A stretch of 64,000 nucleotides of DNA from assembly GCA_902499925.1 (NCBI GenBank), contig GCA_902499925.1_4130.1. One strand, 5' to 3'. The position numbers and the translations under genes were made by a program. Position 1 is the first letter of the stretch. The number at the start of each line of letters is the position of its first letter. Positions 10,488 through 20,298 of the stretch are shown in pieces. The notes under the pieces are model-generated. The model made no database searches and was not told the origin of the DNA. It saw only the letters and a list, made by a program, of their open reading frames with translations. This DNA is from Escherichia coli (GTDB taxonomy: Bacteria > Pseudomonadota > Gammaproteobacteria > Enterobacterales > Enterobacteriaceae).

Positions 10488-10784
10488 TTAATATATAATC
10501 TCACTAGCTTCTATTGTGTAGACACCATCATCAGTCATTAATCTTACTGCAACTTTAATATTACTAGACATTCGTGTAACTATCAATCCAATAATTATAC
10601 CATTCTTTAAAGTACCATTATGGTATCTAACTTTTACTTCAGTTTTATTATCAATTAAGTATCTTCTAATTATGTGTATTTCATTTCTGAATAATTCTAA
10701 AAAAGCTTCACTATTTTCTTTATCTGACCCGTCTGAACACCAGTACAATAAATTTACTTGTTCAAATAATTTTTTTATATTCAT
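10488..10784 (-). CDS. small hypothetical protein (loose family D)
   Basis: 98 aa; EVKVRYHNGTLKNGIIIG segment. Confidence 0.45.
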   Translation of the reverse strand: MNIKKLFEQVNLLYWCSDGSDKENSEAFLELFRNEIHIIRRYLIDNKTEVKVRYHNGTLKNGIIIGLIVTRMSSNIKVAVRLMTDDGVYTIEASEIIY

Positions 10785-11083
10785 AAAAATCTCACAGATT
10801 TAATATTACTGGTTACATGATTTACCCAAGTGTTATCGAACTTGTAAACAATTGTATTAAGTGATTTATGAAAATTAACCTCGCACACTAATGCCTTGGA
10901 ACCATTGATTGTACAGACCGTGGATGGTAAGTTGTTTGCTAATATCTCTTTTTCATCTAAACAAAGTGAACTAATACAATCATAATAGAGAGGTTCAAGA
11001 ACTTTTTCAGTACTGAGAAAGTCAAAAGAAAGATCATCTATTAGTTTTATGTAATTGAATAAATTTTGATAGTACTCATTCAT
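10781..11083 (-). CDS. hypothetical protein
   Basis: Track ORF 10781..11140 trimmed to internal Met (MNEYYQ) to avoid overlap with upstream ORF. Confidence 0.4.
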   Translation of the reverse strand: MNEYYQNLFNYIKLIDDLSFDFLSTEKVLEPLYYDCISSLCLDEKEILANNLPSTVCTINGSKALVCEVNFHKSLNTIVYKFDNTWVNHVTSNIKSVRFL

Positions 11084-11327
11084 TGTCAATCCTCTTGAAT
11101 TTAGCATTATTCGAATAAGTATATGAATGTCCAAAATCATTTACACCATGCACATTCAATACACCGTCGATGAAATAGATTCGGTCAATGGTGAGTTCAC
11201 GTTTATAATCCGAATCATCATACCAGCACAGAACACGAATACCTTTGTACTTTGTCGTTAGCTCTTTTTCTAATGTAATTAAGTACTCGATATAACTTTT
11301 GAATAGCTCTAAGTCCTGCTCAAACAT
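11076..11327 (-). CDS. small hypothetical protein (loose family D)
   Basis: 83 aa; TTKYKGIRVLCWYD segment. Confidence 0.45.
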   Translation of the reverse strand: MFEQDLELFKSYIEYLITLEKELTTKYKGIRVLCWYDDSDYKRELTIDRIYFIDGVLNVHGVNDFGHSYTYSNNAKFKRIDNE

Positions 11328-11587
11328 CAGTGTTCCTCGTATAATTCTATGTCATCAACTCCAACTTGGCGAATTGCAGTACTTCTTTTAAATGTACCTT
11401 TTTCATATAAACATACAGTTAAACGTATTTCACACTTCAATGCACTGTAATAAATCATATCAATAACACCATATGTTTCATACATTTCTACGTATACATT
11501 TCGTCCTAAGTACTTTTCTTCTAAATCAGTAATTAGACTATTGATAAGATTACCTATCTGTGTTATATCTGTGTGAAATTTATCCAT
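11327..11587 (-). CDS. small hypothetical protein (loose family D)
   Basis: 86 aa; LEEKYLGRNVYVEMYE segment. Confidence 0.45.
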   Translation of the reverse strand: MDKFHTDITQIGNLINSLITDLEEKYLGRNVYVEMYETYGVIDMIYYSALKCEIRLTVCLYEKGTFKRSTAIRQVGVDDIELYEEH

Positions 11588-11812
11588 TACAATAATCCTC
11601 TCACATAAAACATTGATGAAAATAGATAATCTTCAGTACTAGAATTTAGTAGTTTATCAAAACTATAATTTTTATGCTTATTTTCATACAAAGACATTCT
11701 GTAGTATCTTTCTATATTTTCTAAGTAGTCTTTTCGTAATAACATCTGTGTTGTTACATTCACTATAATGTACCTTAAAAGAAAAAGGGACCAATATATG
11801 ATCCCTTTTGTA

Positions 11813-12745
11813 TTAGAAATTTCCTTCTGCCACTTGGAAAACTTTCATCCCAAGTAGCTTACGCCACATGAATACAACTTGATTGCGGTCATCATAAACC
11901 TTTTTAACATCGTAATGATCAACCACATTTTTCATGTACAGGTCGAATTTGACAACATCATCAGGACGTTTATCATCAATGTCTCGCATAAACAATGCAT
12001 CGTAAGGAATACCCCAATTCTTAAGCCACTGTTCGGTATCAGCACGACACCCTTCAGTACGCCCACTCATGACGATAATCTTGCGTTTATGAAAAACTGC
12101 TTCTGCGATAATAGACAAAATAACTTCTTCGTCTGGTGTATCCTGGAGTACAGTACTTTCATCGAACGGATTACGCCCCCATTTATGAGCAAGAGTTCCA
12201 TCGATATCAACGATGATAGCAGCTTCGCGTGAATTACCATAGTAACCAATGTGTAATGCCTTACTATAATAGTACGTATCTGCCATTGTGTCAATGATAT
12301 CATCTTGTACTGAACGCTCACGCTGGAGATTATATTTCTTACAAAGTTTTACGAACTCTTTAATCTTAAAGAATTCATGAACATCTGCACCACGGTCTTC
12401 ATTAGGTACAAAATCATCATAGAAGTTCTTTTCTTTGTAATCATAACCATTATCTTTAGCCCACATTTTCCATTGATCACGGAAATGTGGTTTAAGGTTC
12501 GTATCGGATACGATGATGTTCCAACCATTCTCTGCTGCTGAATTTGCTGCACTGAACTGTAAATTAGTTACGTACTTCTCATTAGCATCATTGAATTTGT
12601 AAGCATCATGTGAACCAGCCATAGATTCACGAATATCATCACGGTTGATGTTGATAGTCTTGGATTTGGCTTTTTTAATCTCTTGCACTGCCCATGTAGT
12701 TTTACCACACCCAGGCAATCCAACTGTTAGTGTGATAGTTGGCAT
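11813..12745 (-). CDS. pseT: polynucleotide 5'-kinase / 3'-phosphatase (T4 PseT-like)
   Basis: Walker A GLPGCGKT, NINRDD, phosphatase DxDGT motif IVDIDGTLA, C-terminal DDR..VV.MW block; colinear with T4 Pnk. Confidence 0.9.
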   Translation of the reverse strand: MPTITLTVGLPGCGKTTWAVQEIKKAKSKTININRDDIRESMAGSHDAYKFNDANEKYVTNLQFSAANSAAENGWNIIVSDTNLKPHFRDQWKMWAKDNGYDYKEKNFYDDFVPNEDRGADVHEFFKIKEFVKLCKKYNLQRERSVQDDIIDTMADTYYYSKALHIGYYGNSREAAIIVDIDGTLAHKWGRNPFDESTVLQDTPDEEVILSIIAEAVFHKRKIIVMSGRTEGCRADTEQWLKNWGIPYDALFMRDIDDKRPDDVVKFDLYMKNVVDHYDVKKVYDDRNQVVFMWRKLLGMKVFQVAEGNF

Positions 12746-12748
12746 ACT

Positions 12749-13078
12749 TTAATCCTCTAAAAATTTAACATGCTCTATATTATGATAGGTGAGCCATTCC
12801 TGTGGCGTTCCCTTGCGTATTAAAACACCAATATACGCAATACCATTAATTAGACCATTACTATCAGTATTCACATCAACTTTCACAATCTCAGAATCAT
12901 ACCAGTGTTTGAATGTGTAATCCCAACATCTGACTTTCTTTCCAATAAGATTGTTCTTGTATTTGTCAATCATTTCATCAACGATTGTTTGTACTGAATT
13001 TTTAATTTCAGCTTCTACTGACTTTATATACAGTAAATTACTTTGTGCATTGTTTATCATTGTATTTCCCAATCCCAA
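12749..13078 (-). CDS. small hypothetical protein (loose family D)
   Basis: 109 aa; KNNLIGKKVRCWDY segment. Confidence 0.45.
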   Translation of the reverse strand: MGLGNTMINNAQSNLLYIKSVEAEIKNSVQTIVDEMIDKYKNNLIGKKVRCWDYTFKHWYDSEIVKVDVNTDSNGLINGIAYIGVLIRKGTPQEWLTYHNIEHVKFLED

Positions 13079-13274
13079 ATCGCTTGGAGATTTTCACAAG
13101 TACAGATTCATCACAACGAATACTAGCAGTATCATTGGATGAACTGTACTTTAATGGGGTCCACTGTAATTGAGATTCTTCTAGGAACTTGATACATCTG
13201 AAATAATCTTTCAAGGAAAGAAATTTAACTACTGACATATCCTGAACAATACTATGCTGAACTTCAACTTTCAT
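13038..13274 (-). CDS. hypothetical protein
   Basis: 78-aa ORF overlapping neighbour 3' end; weakly supported. Confidence 0.3.
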   Translation of the reverse strand: MKVEVQHSIVQDMSVVKFLSLKDYFRCIKFLEESQLQWTPLKYSSSNDTASIRCDESVLVKISKRFGIGKYNDKQCTK

Positions 13275-13283
13275 ATGAACTCC

Positions 13284-13541
13284 TTATAGTGGGTCGAATT
13301 TATTTTCACGTTTCGATGTATAGCGAGTTACATCATGTATTCTCGGCTTAACACCTTTTGGTTTCCTTTTCTTCTTGTATTCAGTACTACTACACCCGAA
13401 AGTATTCTCGATTCGTTTCTTACTAATCTTCACACCTTTCTTAGAGCGTTTGTGCTGTAATTCATCGATTTCTTCTTGTATTTTCCTGAATTCTGTCGGA
13501 GAAAGGGAACCGTCATTTTTATACTTAGGTTTAGCCATCAC
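13284..13541 (-). CDS. small basic protein
   Basis: 85 aa, Lys/Arg-rich. Confidence 0.4.
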   Translation of the reverse strand: MMAKPKYKNDGSLSPTEFRKIQEEIDELQHKRSKKGVKISKKRIENTFGCSSTEYKKKRKPKGVKPRIHDVTRYTSKRENKFDPL

Positions 13542-13567
13542 TTCTCCTTGTGCTAGGCTAGATAGTA

Positions 13568-14710
13568 CTAAAAATCCTTTAGTACAATTTTCATGTACTT
13601 AATAAGAGTCTCTTTGTAATCGACTTTCTTATTGTTGTACATTGCAAAGGCCAAGCCCTGACGATTCAGTTCATTAGTTAAACACTCCTGAACCTTCTTA
13701 GCGAATTCCTTTCGCTCCAAGTGCTTGTGTTCCTTGACGAAGCTTTCAACTTCATCTTGTAAAGCATTATAGCACGAAAAGACTAGTTGTTCCATTCTTA
13801 ATATCTTTTGAGTAGCATATTCGTCAGTACTGAACAACTGTTTTAAATCATCACTCGAACCATTTAATACAGCTTCATATAAATGGGAATCGATTATAAT
13901 ACTGTCTTTCGTTAAATGCAAAGAACAATACCAGTCGGTTTTGATTTTGCACATTGTACCATTATTTAGGATGCACACAAAACCTTCAATGTCAAGCATT
14001 TTCTTAACTTCTTCAACACTTTCTTTGAATGTAGCACGAACAGGGAAAGTGTAATGAATATCTTTACCTGTCATATTAGTACTGTACTGTGCAAGGCATG
14101 GAAACTTATTACGTAATGCAGAACCACATAATAGTTCACCACTCTTGCGATGGCGAACGTTTAGTACAAATAATTGTTCAACCTGGTATGGTAATACAAT
14201 ACGGTACTCTGGACTTGTATACTCCAGATTAACAGTATAGCCCAAACGGTCTGCTTCGTCAATGTATTGATACAAATTTTGGTTCTCATTGAGAAGACGA
14301 GTACTGTTAATCGCATGGTCTGAATACAATGCAGTATGTGATTTACAACGAATTACACCATCATTATCACGGTAAGTACTGATTACTGAACCATCCAACT
14401 TAGGCATCACTACTGCAATGTCATCGAATGTGGTATCAGCAGGGAACATTGTAGCAGGATTTTCATAAGCATTGAAGAACTTTTTCATAGTACGAGCAGC
14501 ACAACGAATCATATCACCGTCTTCATCAATTTCCCACATAGAACCACGGGTTTCTAATGCATTGGGTTGCATGAAATCGGTATATGATGCTAGACGATAA
14601 CTGAATACACGATATGTTCCACCAGCAGGACTTTTATGATCCACATAAAAGAAAGCCTCACGGGTATTACATAAGTGCATTAAATCTTCATATATTTGTA
14701 AAAGGGTCAT
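13568..14710 (-). CDS. rnlA: RNA ligase 1 (T4 Rnl1/gp63-like)
   Basis: Colinear with T4 Rnl1: TYRVFSY, RGSMWE, adenylation motif KLDGSVISTY, later blocks EGFV and KIKTDWY. Confidence 0.9.
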   Translation of the reverse strand: MTLLQIYEDLMHLCNTREAFFYVDHKSPAGGTYRVFSYRLASYTDFMQPNALETRGSMWEIDEDGDMIRCAARTMKKFFNAYENPATMFPADTTFDDIAVVMPKLDGSVISTYRDNDGVIRCKSHTALYSDHAINSTRLLNENQNLYQYIDEADRLGYTVNLEYTSPEYRIVLPYQVEQLFVLNVRHRKSGELLCGSALRNKFPCLAQYSTNMTGKDIHYTFPVRATFKESVEEVKKMLDIEGFVCILNNGTMCKIKTDWYCSLHLTKDSIIIDSHLYEAVLNGSSDDLKQLFSTDEYATQKILRMEQLVFSCYNALQDEVESFVKEHKHLERKEFAKKVQECLTNELNRQGLAFAMYNNKKVDYKETLIKYMKIVLKDF

Positions 14711-14970
14711 TTTATTACCTCTATATCTACATCTGTGCCATAGTAGGAAACGTAACCATTATCTGAATTACATTGAATTGATAACTCTGATTCATAGTAT
14801 GTTACTTTGAACACTGTTAGAACTTTTTCATCAATTTTTCCCGTTAAATAATCCATTTCACGAACACGAACTTTGGTTCCTTTTGGGAGTTCTTGTGCAA
14901 TTTTATTAACAAGTTCAAAAGCAGCTTCTTCAAGTGTGTGCAACAATTGCAATCTATCTTGGATATTCAT
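14707..14970 (-). CDS. small hypothetical protein (loose family D)
   Basis: Track ORF 14707..15015 trimmed to internal Met (MNIQDR); PKGTKVRVREMD segment. Confidence 0.4.
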   Translation of the reverse strand: MNIQDRLQLLHTLEEAAFELVNKIAQELPKGTKVRVREMDYLTGKIDEKVLTVFKVTYYESELSIQCNSDNGYVSYYGTDVDIEVIK

Positions 14971-14971
14971 A

Positions 14972-15661
14972 TTATTTCCACCAAGTTGTATCACGACCAC
15001 CAGACAAAGATTCATTGTACTGATGTCTGAAATTAGTATTTGGATTATTTGTCATTGTACTAATAAAATCAAATTTAACATTCTCTTGAATGTAATTAAT
15101 AACATTATCTTTAAATTTAATAGTACTGAAGTCTAAATCTAAATGTTCATACAATACAGGATGACAAAACTCATGTGTACGCAATGATGGCATGGTATCC
15201 TTAATGTATTGCACAGTGTTAATCATTGCATTGTACTCAGGCATAGCACGCATCATCATTAGCTGAAAGTGTTCTTCCTCTGACATTGACTCATCCAAAT
15301 CAATAACTACTTCATCATTTTTAGAGTCATATACTTTAATGGAACTCTTTGTTGGATCAAGCATAGCCCACTCTGGATACAGGCATGTTTTCCAAAAAGG
15401 ATTATTGCACTGAAACATACTAATGAGATTTTGATTTTTATCAAAAATAGCAAATCCAAGATCCGAACTTGGCTGTACTTCACATACACAAATATCATAA
15501 GGGGAGTCTTCAGTACTGAATGAACCAACTACATTTGATATATGTGAATATGGAGTTTCTCTTGATTTTAATTCAAAGGCTCTCTCCATACGATTAACCT
15601 GTGGTTGTAATGTAATTACACCCCTCAGTACATATAAAATTCTATCTAAATCTTTAATCAA
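14972..15661 (-). CDS. hypothetical protein
   Basis: 229-aa ORF. Confidence 0.5.
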   Translation of the reverse strand: MIKDLDRILYVLRGVITLQPQVNRMERAFELKSRETPYSHISNVVGSFSTEDSPYDICVCEVQPSSDLGFAIFDKNQNLISMFQCNNPFWKTCLYPEWAMLDPTKSSIKVYDSKNDEVVIDLDESMSEEEHFQLMMMRAMPEYNAMINTVQYIKDTMPSLRTHEFCHPVLYEHLDLDFSTIKFKDNVINYIQENVKFDFISTMTNNPNTNFRHQYNESLSGGRDTTWWK

Positions 15662-16236
15662 AATTCTATCCTCGTATCGGTTAATTTCGTTCCGTCCATG
15701 TACTTAACAGTTATTTCAATGCGACGATCAGTACTCAATTTTTGAAGATCATTGTAGTACAATTTAAATTCTTCAAAGAACTCAAGTGGGGGAATATCGT
15801 ATAAAGTACCAATCTGGAAGTGCTCAGGTAATCCAAATTCCAATATATCAATCTTAGGCATAAGTCCATCTGCTGCTGCACCTTCTGGAGTACTGCTGTC
15901 TGCTATATAAAACATAGAATTACCATGACGCTGGATAACGAATATGCAATCATCTTCACTTACATAAATCATATTTCCAAGGTATGGATCGTTATCACAC
16001 AAATTATCATGGACGAGTTGTTGAACTTGAAGTAAATCTTTTATAATTCCCTGACCACTATCGTCAACTAGAATATGTAAACCAGAACAATCTTTGCTCA
16101 ACCAGCGGTATCTTGCATCACATCCTGATTCCATAAATGGATATTTTGAAAAATCCATATCAGTACCATTATAAAACCAATCGTACCACTCATTACGCAT
16201 AGTAATCAGCTTAGTACATAATTCTAATACATTCAT
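15658..16236 (-). CDS. hypothetical protein
   Basis: 192-aa ORF, 4-nt overlap with downstream gene. Confidence 0.5.
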   Translation of the reverse strand: MNVLELCTKLITMRNEWYDWFYNGTDMDFSKYPFMESGCDARYRWLSKDCSGLHILVDDSGQGIIKDLLQVQQLVHDNLCDNDPYLGNMIYVSEDDCIFVIQRHGNSMFYIADSSTPEGAAADGLMPKIDILEFGLPEHFQIGTLYDIPPLEFFEEFKLYYNDLQKLSTDRRIEITVKYMDGTKLTDTRIEF

Positions 16237-16243
16237 TTTAGTT

Positions 16244-16546
16244 TTATCCTCTTAGTTTAATAATACTGGCTGGATAATCTACCATAGTACTATCTGGTAA
16301 TCCTATACAGTAATAAGGAAAATATCCCATCTTTATATTAATACCAATTAACATTCCAGTTTTATATGAAGTATTAATTTCATAGTGGTCGTCTATATCA
16401 ACCGCCAGTCCATATAAGGATATGTTACAATCCTTGATGTATCGTTCAAAGATTTTATACATTGATGGGTATAAAGTTCCATTGGATTCTCTTACTATAT
16501 CAGCCAACAACTTTATAGTACTGTTAATTAAATCTATACTAATCAT
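16244..16546 (-). CDS. hypothetical protein
   Basis: 100-aa ORF. Confidence 0.45.
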   Translation of the reverse strand: MISIDLINSTIKLLADIVRESNGTLYPSMYKIFERYIKDCNISLYGLAVDIDDHYEINTSYKTGMLIGINIKMGYFPYYCIGLPDSTMVDYPASIIKLRG

Positions 16547-16590
16547 CTTTGTACCTGCGAAAAAAGACCAGCAAACGCTGGCCTTAACAT

Positions 16591-16872
16591 TTAAATTATT
16601 TCATACAGACAATATACACCATCAACGCCATCACAAGGAAAATCAACATAGAAATTCACACTAACAGTATCATAATCAATCTCAGTGATGCGTCCGGTTT
16701 TACCTACACTCTTCACGAATAGGTCAGAGCCAAGATATACAAACTCAAACTCATCTGCATACTCTTTTATAATATCAGCAAAATCACAACCATATCTGGG
16801 ATCAGTATTAATAATCTCAAGATATAATGTAATGTATTGTTCGTATGACCATGTGTGTAGGTAAAAATCCAT
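16591..16872 (-). CDS. hypothetical protein
   Basis: 93-aa ORF. Confidence 0.45.
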   Translation of the reverse strand: MDFYLHTWSYEQYITLYLEIINTDPRYGCDFADIIKEYADEFEFVYLGSDLFVKSVGKTGRITEIDYDTVSVNFYVDFPCDGVDGVYCLYEII

Positions 16873-16881
16873 AACAGTTCC

Positions 16882-17619
16882 TTAGAAATATACCATACCC
16901 ATCAATTCTGAATCTTCAGGGCGAGTATAGCCTTGTTTCTTAACTTTAAAGTAGAAGGATTCATTGTCTTCTAAATTATAACGTTTCTTCAAGCAACGGG
17001 TATATGTCTGGCAATTAGGATGAACCCATTCATATATATGAACACCATCTTCATTATAACCATTTATACTACAACGGTTGCCTTCATGTTTCTTGTAGTT
17101 CTTGCTTTTCTCGGTAAATTCTTTTACAGCAGTAGTACTTGGTGATTTATATTCAAAAGGAACTTCAGTCATACGGAAATAATAATATTGATCGTCTTCA
17201 TCATATCCCAAGAGCACTGTGTTAGTTTCACGTACATTGTAATGATTCTTACTTTTCAATTCATTTTCATATATATCTTGAAGTACTTCTTCAAATACTG
17301 TAGTACTGTCAGCATTTGGGTTGGATACACCTGATACTCTTCGTTCAATAATAAAATCAGTATATTTGCGGTCTTCTGCAATGTCTTCATTCATATAAAG
17401 ACTAACGAACTTATCCTTGTACGTCTTTACACTGTATTGTTTACTTTGAACTTCGCTATATACATCTGCTAACATATTCTCCTGACCGCACTGCACACCA
17501 CTTACAGAATAAGCACATGCATGTTCAGCCATCACTGATGTTAACATTTGAAAATTTGCCATGTTTAATTCATTCGCCATCTCTGTAGCGAAACGGATAC
17601 GGTCAAGCACTTTCCACAC
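16882..17619 (-). CDS. hypothetical protein
   Basis: 245-aa ORF. Confidence 0.5.
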   Translation of the reverse strand: MWKVLDRIRFATEMANELNMANFQMLTSVMAEHACAYSVSGVQCGQENMLADVYSEVQSKQYSVKTYKDKFVSLYMNEDIAEDRKYTDFIIERRVSGVSNPNADSTTVFEEVLQDIYENELKSKNHYNVRETNTVLLGYDEDDQYYYFRMTEVPFEYKSPSTTAVKEFTEKSKNYKKHEGNRCSINGYNEDGVHIYEWVHPNCQTYTRCLKKRYNLEDNESFYFKVKKQGYTRPEDSELMGMVYF

Positions 17620-17668
17620 TCCTTGTGTTAGTTATTGTTCCTTATCCATTATTATATCACTACTTGAG

Positions 17669-17971
17669 CTATCGTCCCGCTTTGTAACAATAAAGATTCT
17701 CAAATTTAAAGTTCTCTATATCACATTCCTCACGAACTCGGTTCTTGTTCCAGAACAGAATACGAATCCTTTCATAATCACGATAAACACTAATAATACT
17801 TCTGTGTTTAGATTTGTAGTACTGCTGTATAACCTGAAGAGTTATATCCCTCAGCTTGGACTTAATTGGGTAAGACATATCATTACTAGTTGTTATGGTA
17901 TAAACCATCTTCATTGTTTCAGCAACAAGTACTTCATTCGATTTATTTGCCATTAAAATCCTTACAAACAC
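17669..17971 (-). CDS. hypothetical protein
   Basis: 100-aa ORF. Confidence 0.45.
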   Translation of the reverse strand: MFVRILMANKSNEVLVAETMKMVYTITTSNDMSYPIKSKLRDITLQVIQQYYKSKHRSIISVYRDYERIRILFWNKNRVREECDIENFKFENLYCYKAGR

Positions 17972-18112
17972 TATGTAAAGTAAATCCTAAACCTACACCT
18001 ACGAATGGGAATAGTAAATTAATGTACCAGACATTCATTGTCGATAAGAAACAAATCCCACTTACGGTTAGTACTGCCAGTGAGAAAAGACTCCAGATAA
18101 AAAATAATGCTC

Positions 18113-18403
18113 TCATAAAAATGTTACCTCGTTAGATGAGTAGTTACGATATATTTGTGAATTATGTTCCACACCATGAATTGTTATATGCCCGTTGTAG
18201 AAAAAAGTAACATCTACTACTTTTAGTTCTTTGCGTTTTTTAGTACTGAAATATCTACCAACTAACGCAGCATATATATAATCCCTGTACTCTTGAGTAA
18301 TGAATTTATACATATTATGATTTGCACTACACTTTTCATCATAAGTATTAGTATATTCTTTCATCAGTAGAGCATATGTTTTTTGTATTAATATGATATT
18401 CAT
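18113..18403 (-). CDS. hypothetical protein
   Basis: 96-aa ORF. Confidence 0.45.
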   Translation of the reverse strand: MNIILIQKTYALLMKEYTNTYDEKCSANHNMYKFITQEYRDYIYAALVGRYFSTKKRKELKVVDVTFFYNGHITIHGVEHNSQIYRNYSSNEVTFL

Positions 18404-18663
18404 CTGTAGTTTAATATTGAAATGGGAAGACTATATATATGTGCGTAAAGTTTATCAACTCTTTCCATATTCACTTTTAAAGTACTTCCATAACGACTAA
18501 TGCTATCTATACGATAAAGCACGTCATTCAGCATCATTACGGTATCGGTGTAATCTTCACTAAGAGATTCAATGTAGATATCTTCAAGTTTCACATCCAT
18601 GCGTGGTATATCTAAATCCCTCAATAAACGCAGTGTTTGCACGATCAGTTCAGCTTTAGTCAT
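18400..18663 (-). CDS. hypothetical protein
   Basis: Track ORF 18400..18786 trimmed to internal Met (MTKAEL); ATGACTAA overlap with upstream zinc-ribbon ORF. Confidence 0.4.
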   Translation of the reverse strand: MTKAELIVQTLRLLRDLDIPRMDVKLEDIYIESLSEDYTDTVMMLNDVLYRIDSISRYGSTLKVNMERVDKLYAHIYSLPISILNYR

Positions 18664-18856
18664 GAATACGCTCACATGCCAGACAATAAATGCACTCAAT
18701 GTCAGGTCGCCATGATTTATCGAAATCTTTGTGCTGTTCTTCAGTGTATTCCGCATCATCATTGATAGGAAAGAAATCCCCAGCACCAGAGGCCCAGTCT
18801 GAATCTAAACGGAAACGAGCTAATTGAGTACTGTTGCAATATGGACATTTATTCAA
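18656..18856 (-). CDS. small zinc-ribbon protein
   Basis: 66 aa with CPYC ... CIYCLAC. Confidence 0.45.
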   Translation of the reverse strand: MNKCPYCNSTQLARFRLDSDWASGAGDFFPINDDAEYTEEQHKDFDKSWRPDIECIYCLACERIHD

Positions 18857-19133
18857 AATTTATTCCTTCTAACTGATATACGTTTAATGAAAATGACCCA
18901 CTATTATTATCGCATCTGAAACACAGTGTTAAAGAACCATTAAAACTAACAACATCAGTACATATACATTTTTCACCATTGGATATGATAGATTTTCCTA
19001 TATATAAATCTCTTACTATAGTACGGTAATGTTGCCATAAAAAATAATACACACTTTCATAGTACTCATCTTTTACATATGACAAGTATAAGAATTTATA
19101 AAATACTTGTATTTCCTTTAAGTTGTTTTTCAT
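18849..19133 (-). CDS. paralog family C member
   Basis: N-terminus MKNNLKEIQVFYKFLYLSY shared with four adjacent ORFs. Confidence 0.55.
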   Translation of the reverse strand: MKNNLKEIQVFYKFLYLSYVKDEYYESVYYFLWQHYRTIVRDLYIGKSIISNGEKCICTDVVSFNGSLTLCFRCDNNSGSFSLNVYQLEGINFE

Positions 19134-19407
19134 TCTCCAACTCCAGTAAATTTACACCAATCCAATCAACATCACTATCAGTACTTAATTCCAATCGTAG
19201 CTTACCGCTATGACTAACAATATCGCGGAATTTGTATATTTTATTATCACGAACTATACACAAATCATGGTAATATTCATGTAATTCATCCAAAAACTTT
19301 ATCCATACCGAACGATAGATTTCACCGTAGAGATATTCTCCAGCATCAACCGTAGCGTATTGGATATACAAAAATTTGTATGTGAATTGTATATCATTAA
19401 TATTCAT
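19096..19407 (-). CDS. paralog family C member
   Basis: MNINDIQFTYKFLYIQY. Confidence 0.55.
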   Translation of the reverse strand: MNINDIQFTYKFLYIQYATVDAGEYLYGEIYRSVWIKFLDELHEYYHDLCIVRDNKIYKFRDIVSHSGKLRLELSTDSDVDWIGVNLLELENEKQLKGNTSIL

Positions 19408-19417
19408 ATGTCAACTC

Positions 19418-19729
19418 TTATAGGTCCGTTAACTTCATAACTTTAATCTCCATAAATTCCCTATCAGTTTTTTCAAGAAATTCTACATGGATAATACCTT
19501 GATAAGATTTTACACCTGAATATTCAAATATGTCATCTCCATCAGTGTAAGTACTGTAATTCTTTTTTATATATTCAGCAATAGAATCTAAGTAATCATA
19601 GTAATTATTAATAAATGGTGATTCTTTTGATTCGACATGTTCACCAATCTTCCCACTAAAAAGATACATGTCATACAAACCATATATATTTTTATACGTG
19701 AATTGAACATCATTCAAATTTAATTTCAA
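19418..19729 (-). CDS. paralog family C member
   Basis: MKLNLNDVQFTYKNIYGLY. Confidence 0.55.
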   Translation of the reverse strand: MKLNLNDVQFTYKNIYGLYDMYLFSGKIGEHVESKESPFINNYYDYLDSIAEYIKKNYSTYTDGDDIFEYSGVKSYQGIIHVEFLEKTDREFMEIKVMKLTDL

Positions 19730-19986
19730 GGGAATATCTCCAGAGGAACACTCGTAAATCCAAAATCAGTGAAGAACTGTACCTCGACTTTACCATCGAG
19801 CTTAATGATTATATCTGAAAATTCTGCATGATCGTTGTTAATAATTACAGTACTGAATTTTTCTTTAATCCTCTCACGCACAATATTAATCATTTCAATA
19901 CATGTATCTTCTAAAAACACACTATTATTTTTATTTGCTAGGTCACGAATGCACTTGAATGTTAATTGGAAATCTTTATAATTCAT
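19726..19986 (-). CDS. paralog family C member
   Basis: MNYKDFQLTFKCIRDL; 4-nt overlaps on both sides. Confidence 0.55.
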   Translation of the reverse strand: MNYKDFQLTFKCIRDLANKNNSVFLEDTCIEMINIVRERIKEKFSTVIINNDHAEFSDIIIKLDGKVEVQFFTDFGFTSVPLEIFP

Positions 19987-20252
19987 ATATTCACCAAATC
20001 AACAGAGAATAAGTCGTTATCAAATTTATATGAAAGTACTAATCTACCACCAAAACTATCGACTCTAAGTATCTTTCGTTTTTTCCCATTAATGAAAATT
20101 TCAGTATTAATAAAATACTCACGTAATTCTTCTAGGTAATTTGACCATAATTTATGAGTAAACGCATTTTTATTAATTGTGTTAGTACTTCTGTGATTAT
20201 GGTGTAATTTAAATAATTCCATATAAGTGAATTGTATATGTTTGTAATTCAT
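19983..20252 (-). CDS. paralog family C member
   Basis: MNYKHIQFTYMELFKL. Confidence 0.55.
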   Translation of the reverse strand: MNYKHIQFTYMELFKLHHNHRSTNTINKNAFTHKLWSNYLEELREYFINTEIFINGKKRKILRVDSFGGRLVLSYKFDNDLFSVDLVNI

Positions 20253-20298
20253 ATTTCCCCTTACAAAAATAGCCCGAACTTATGTCGGGCTATATGTA

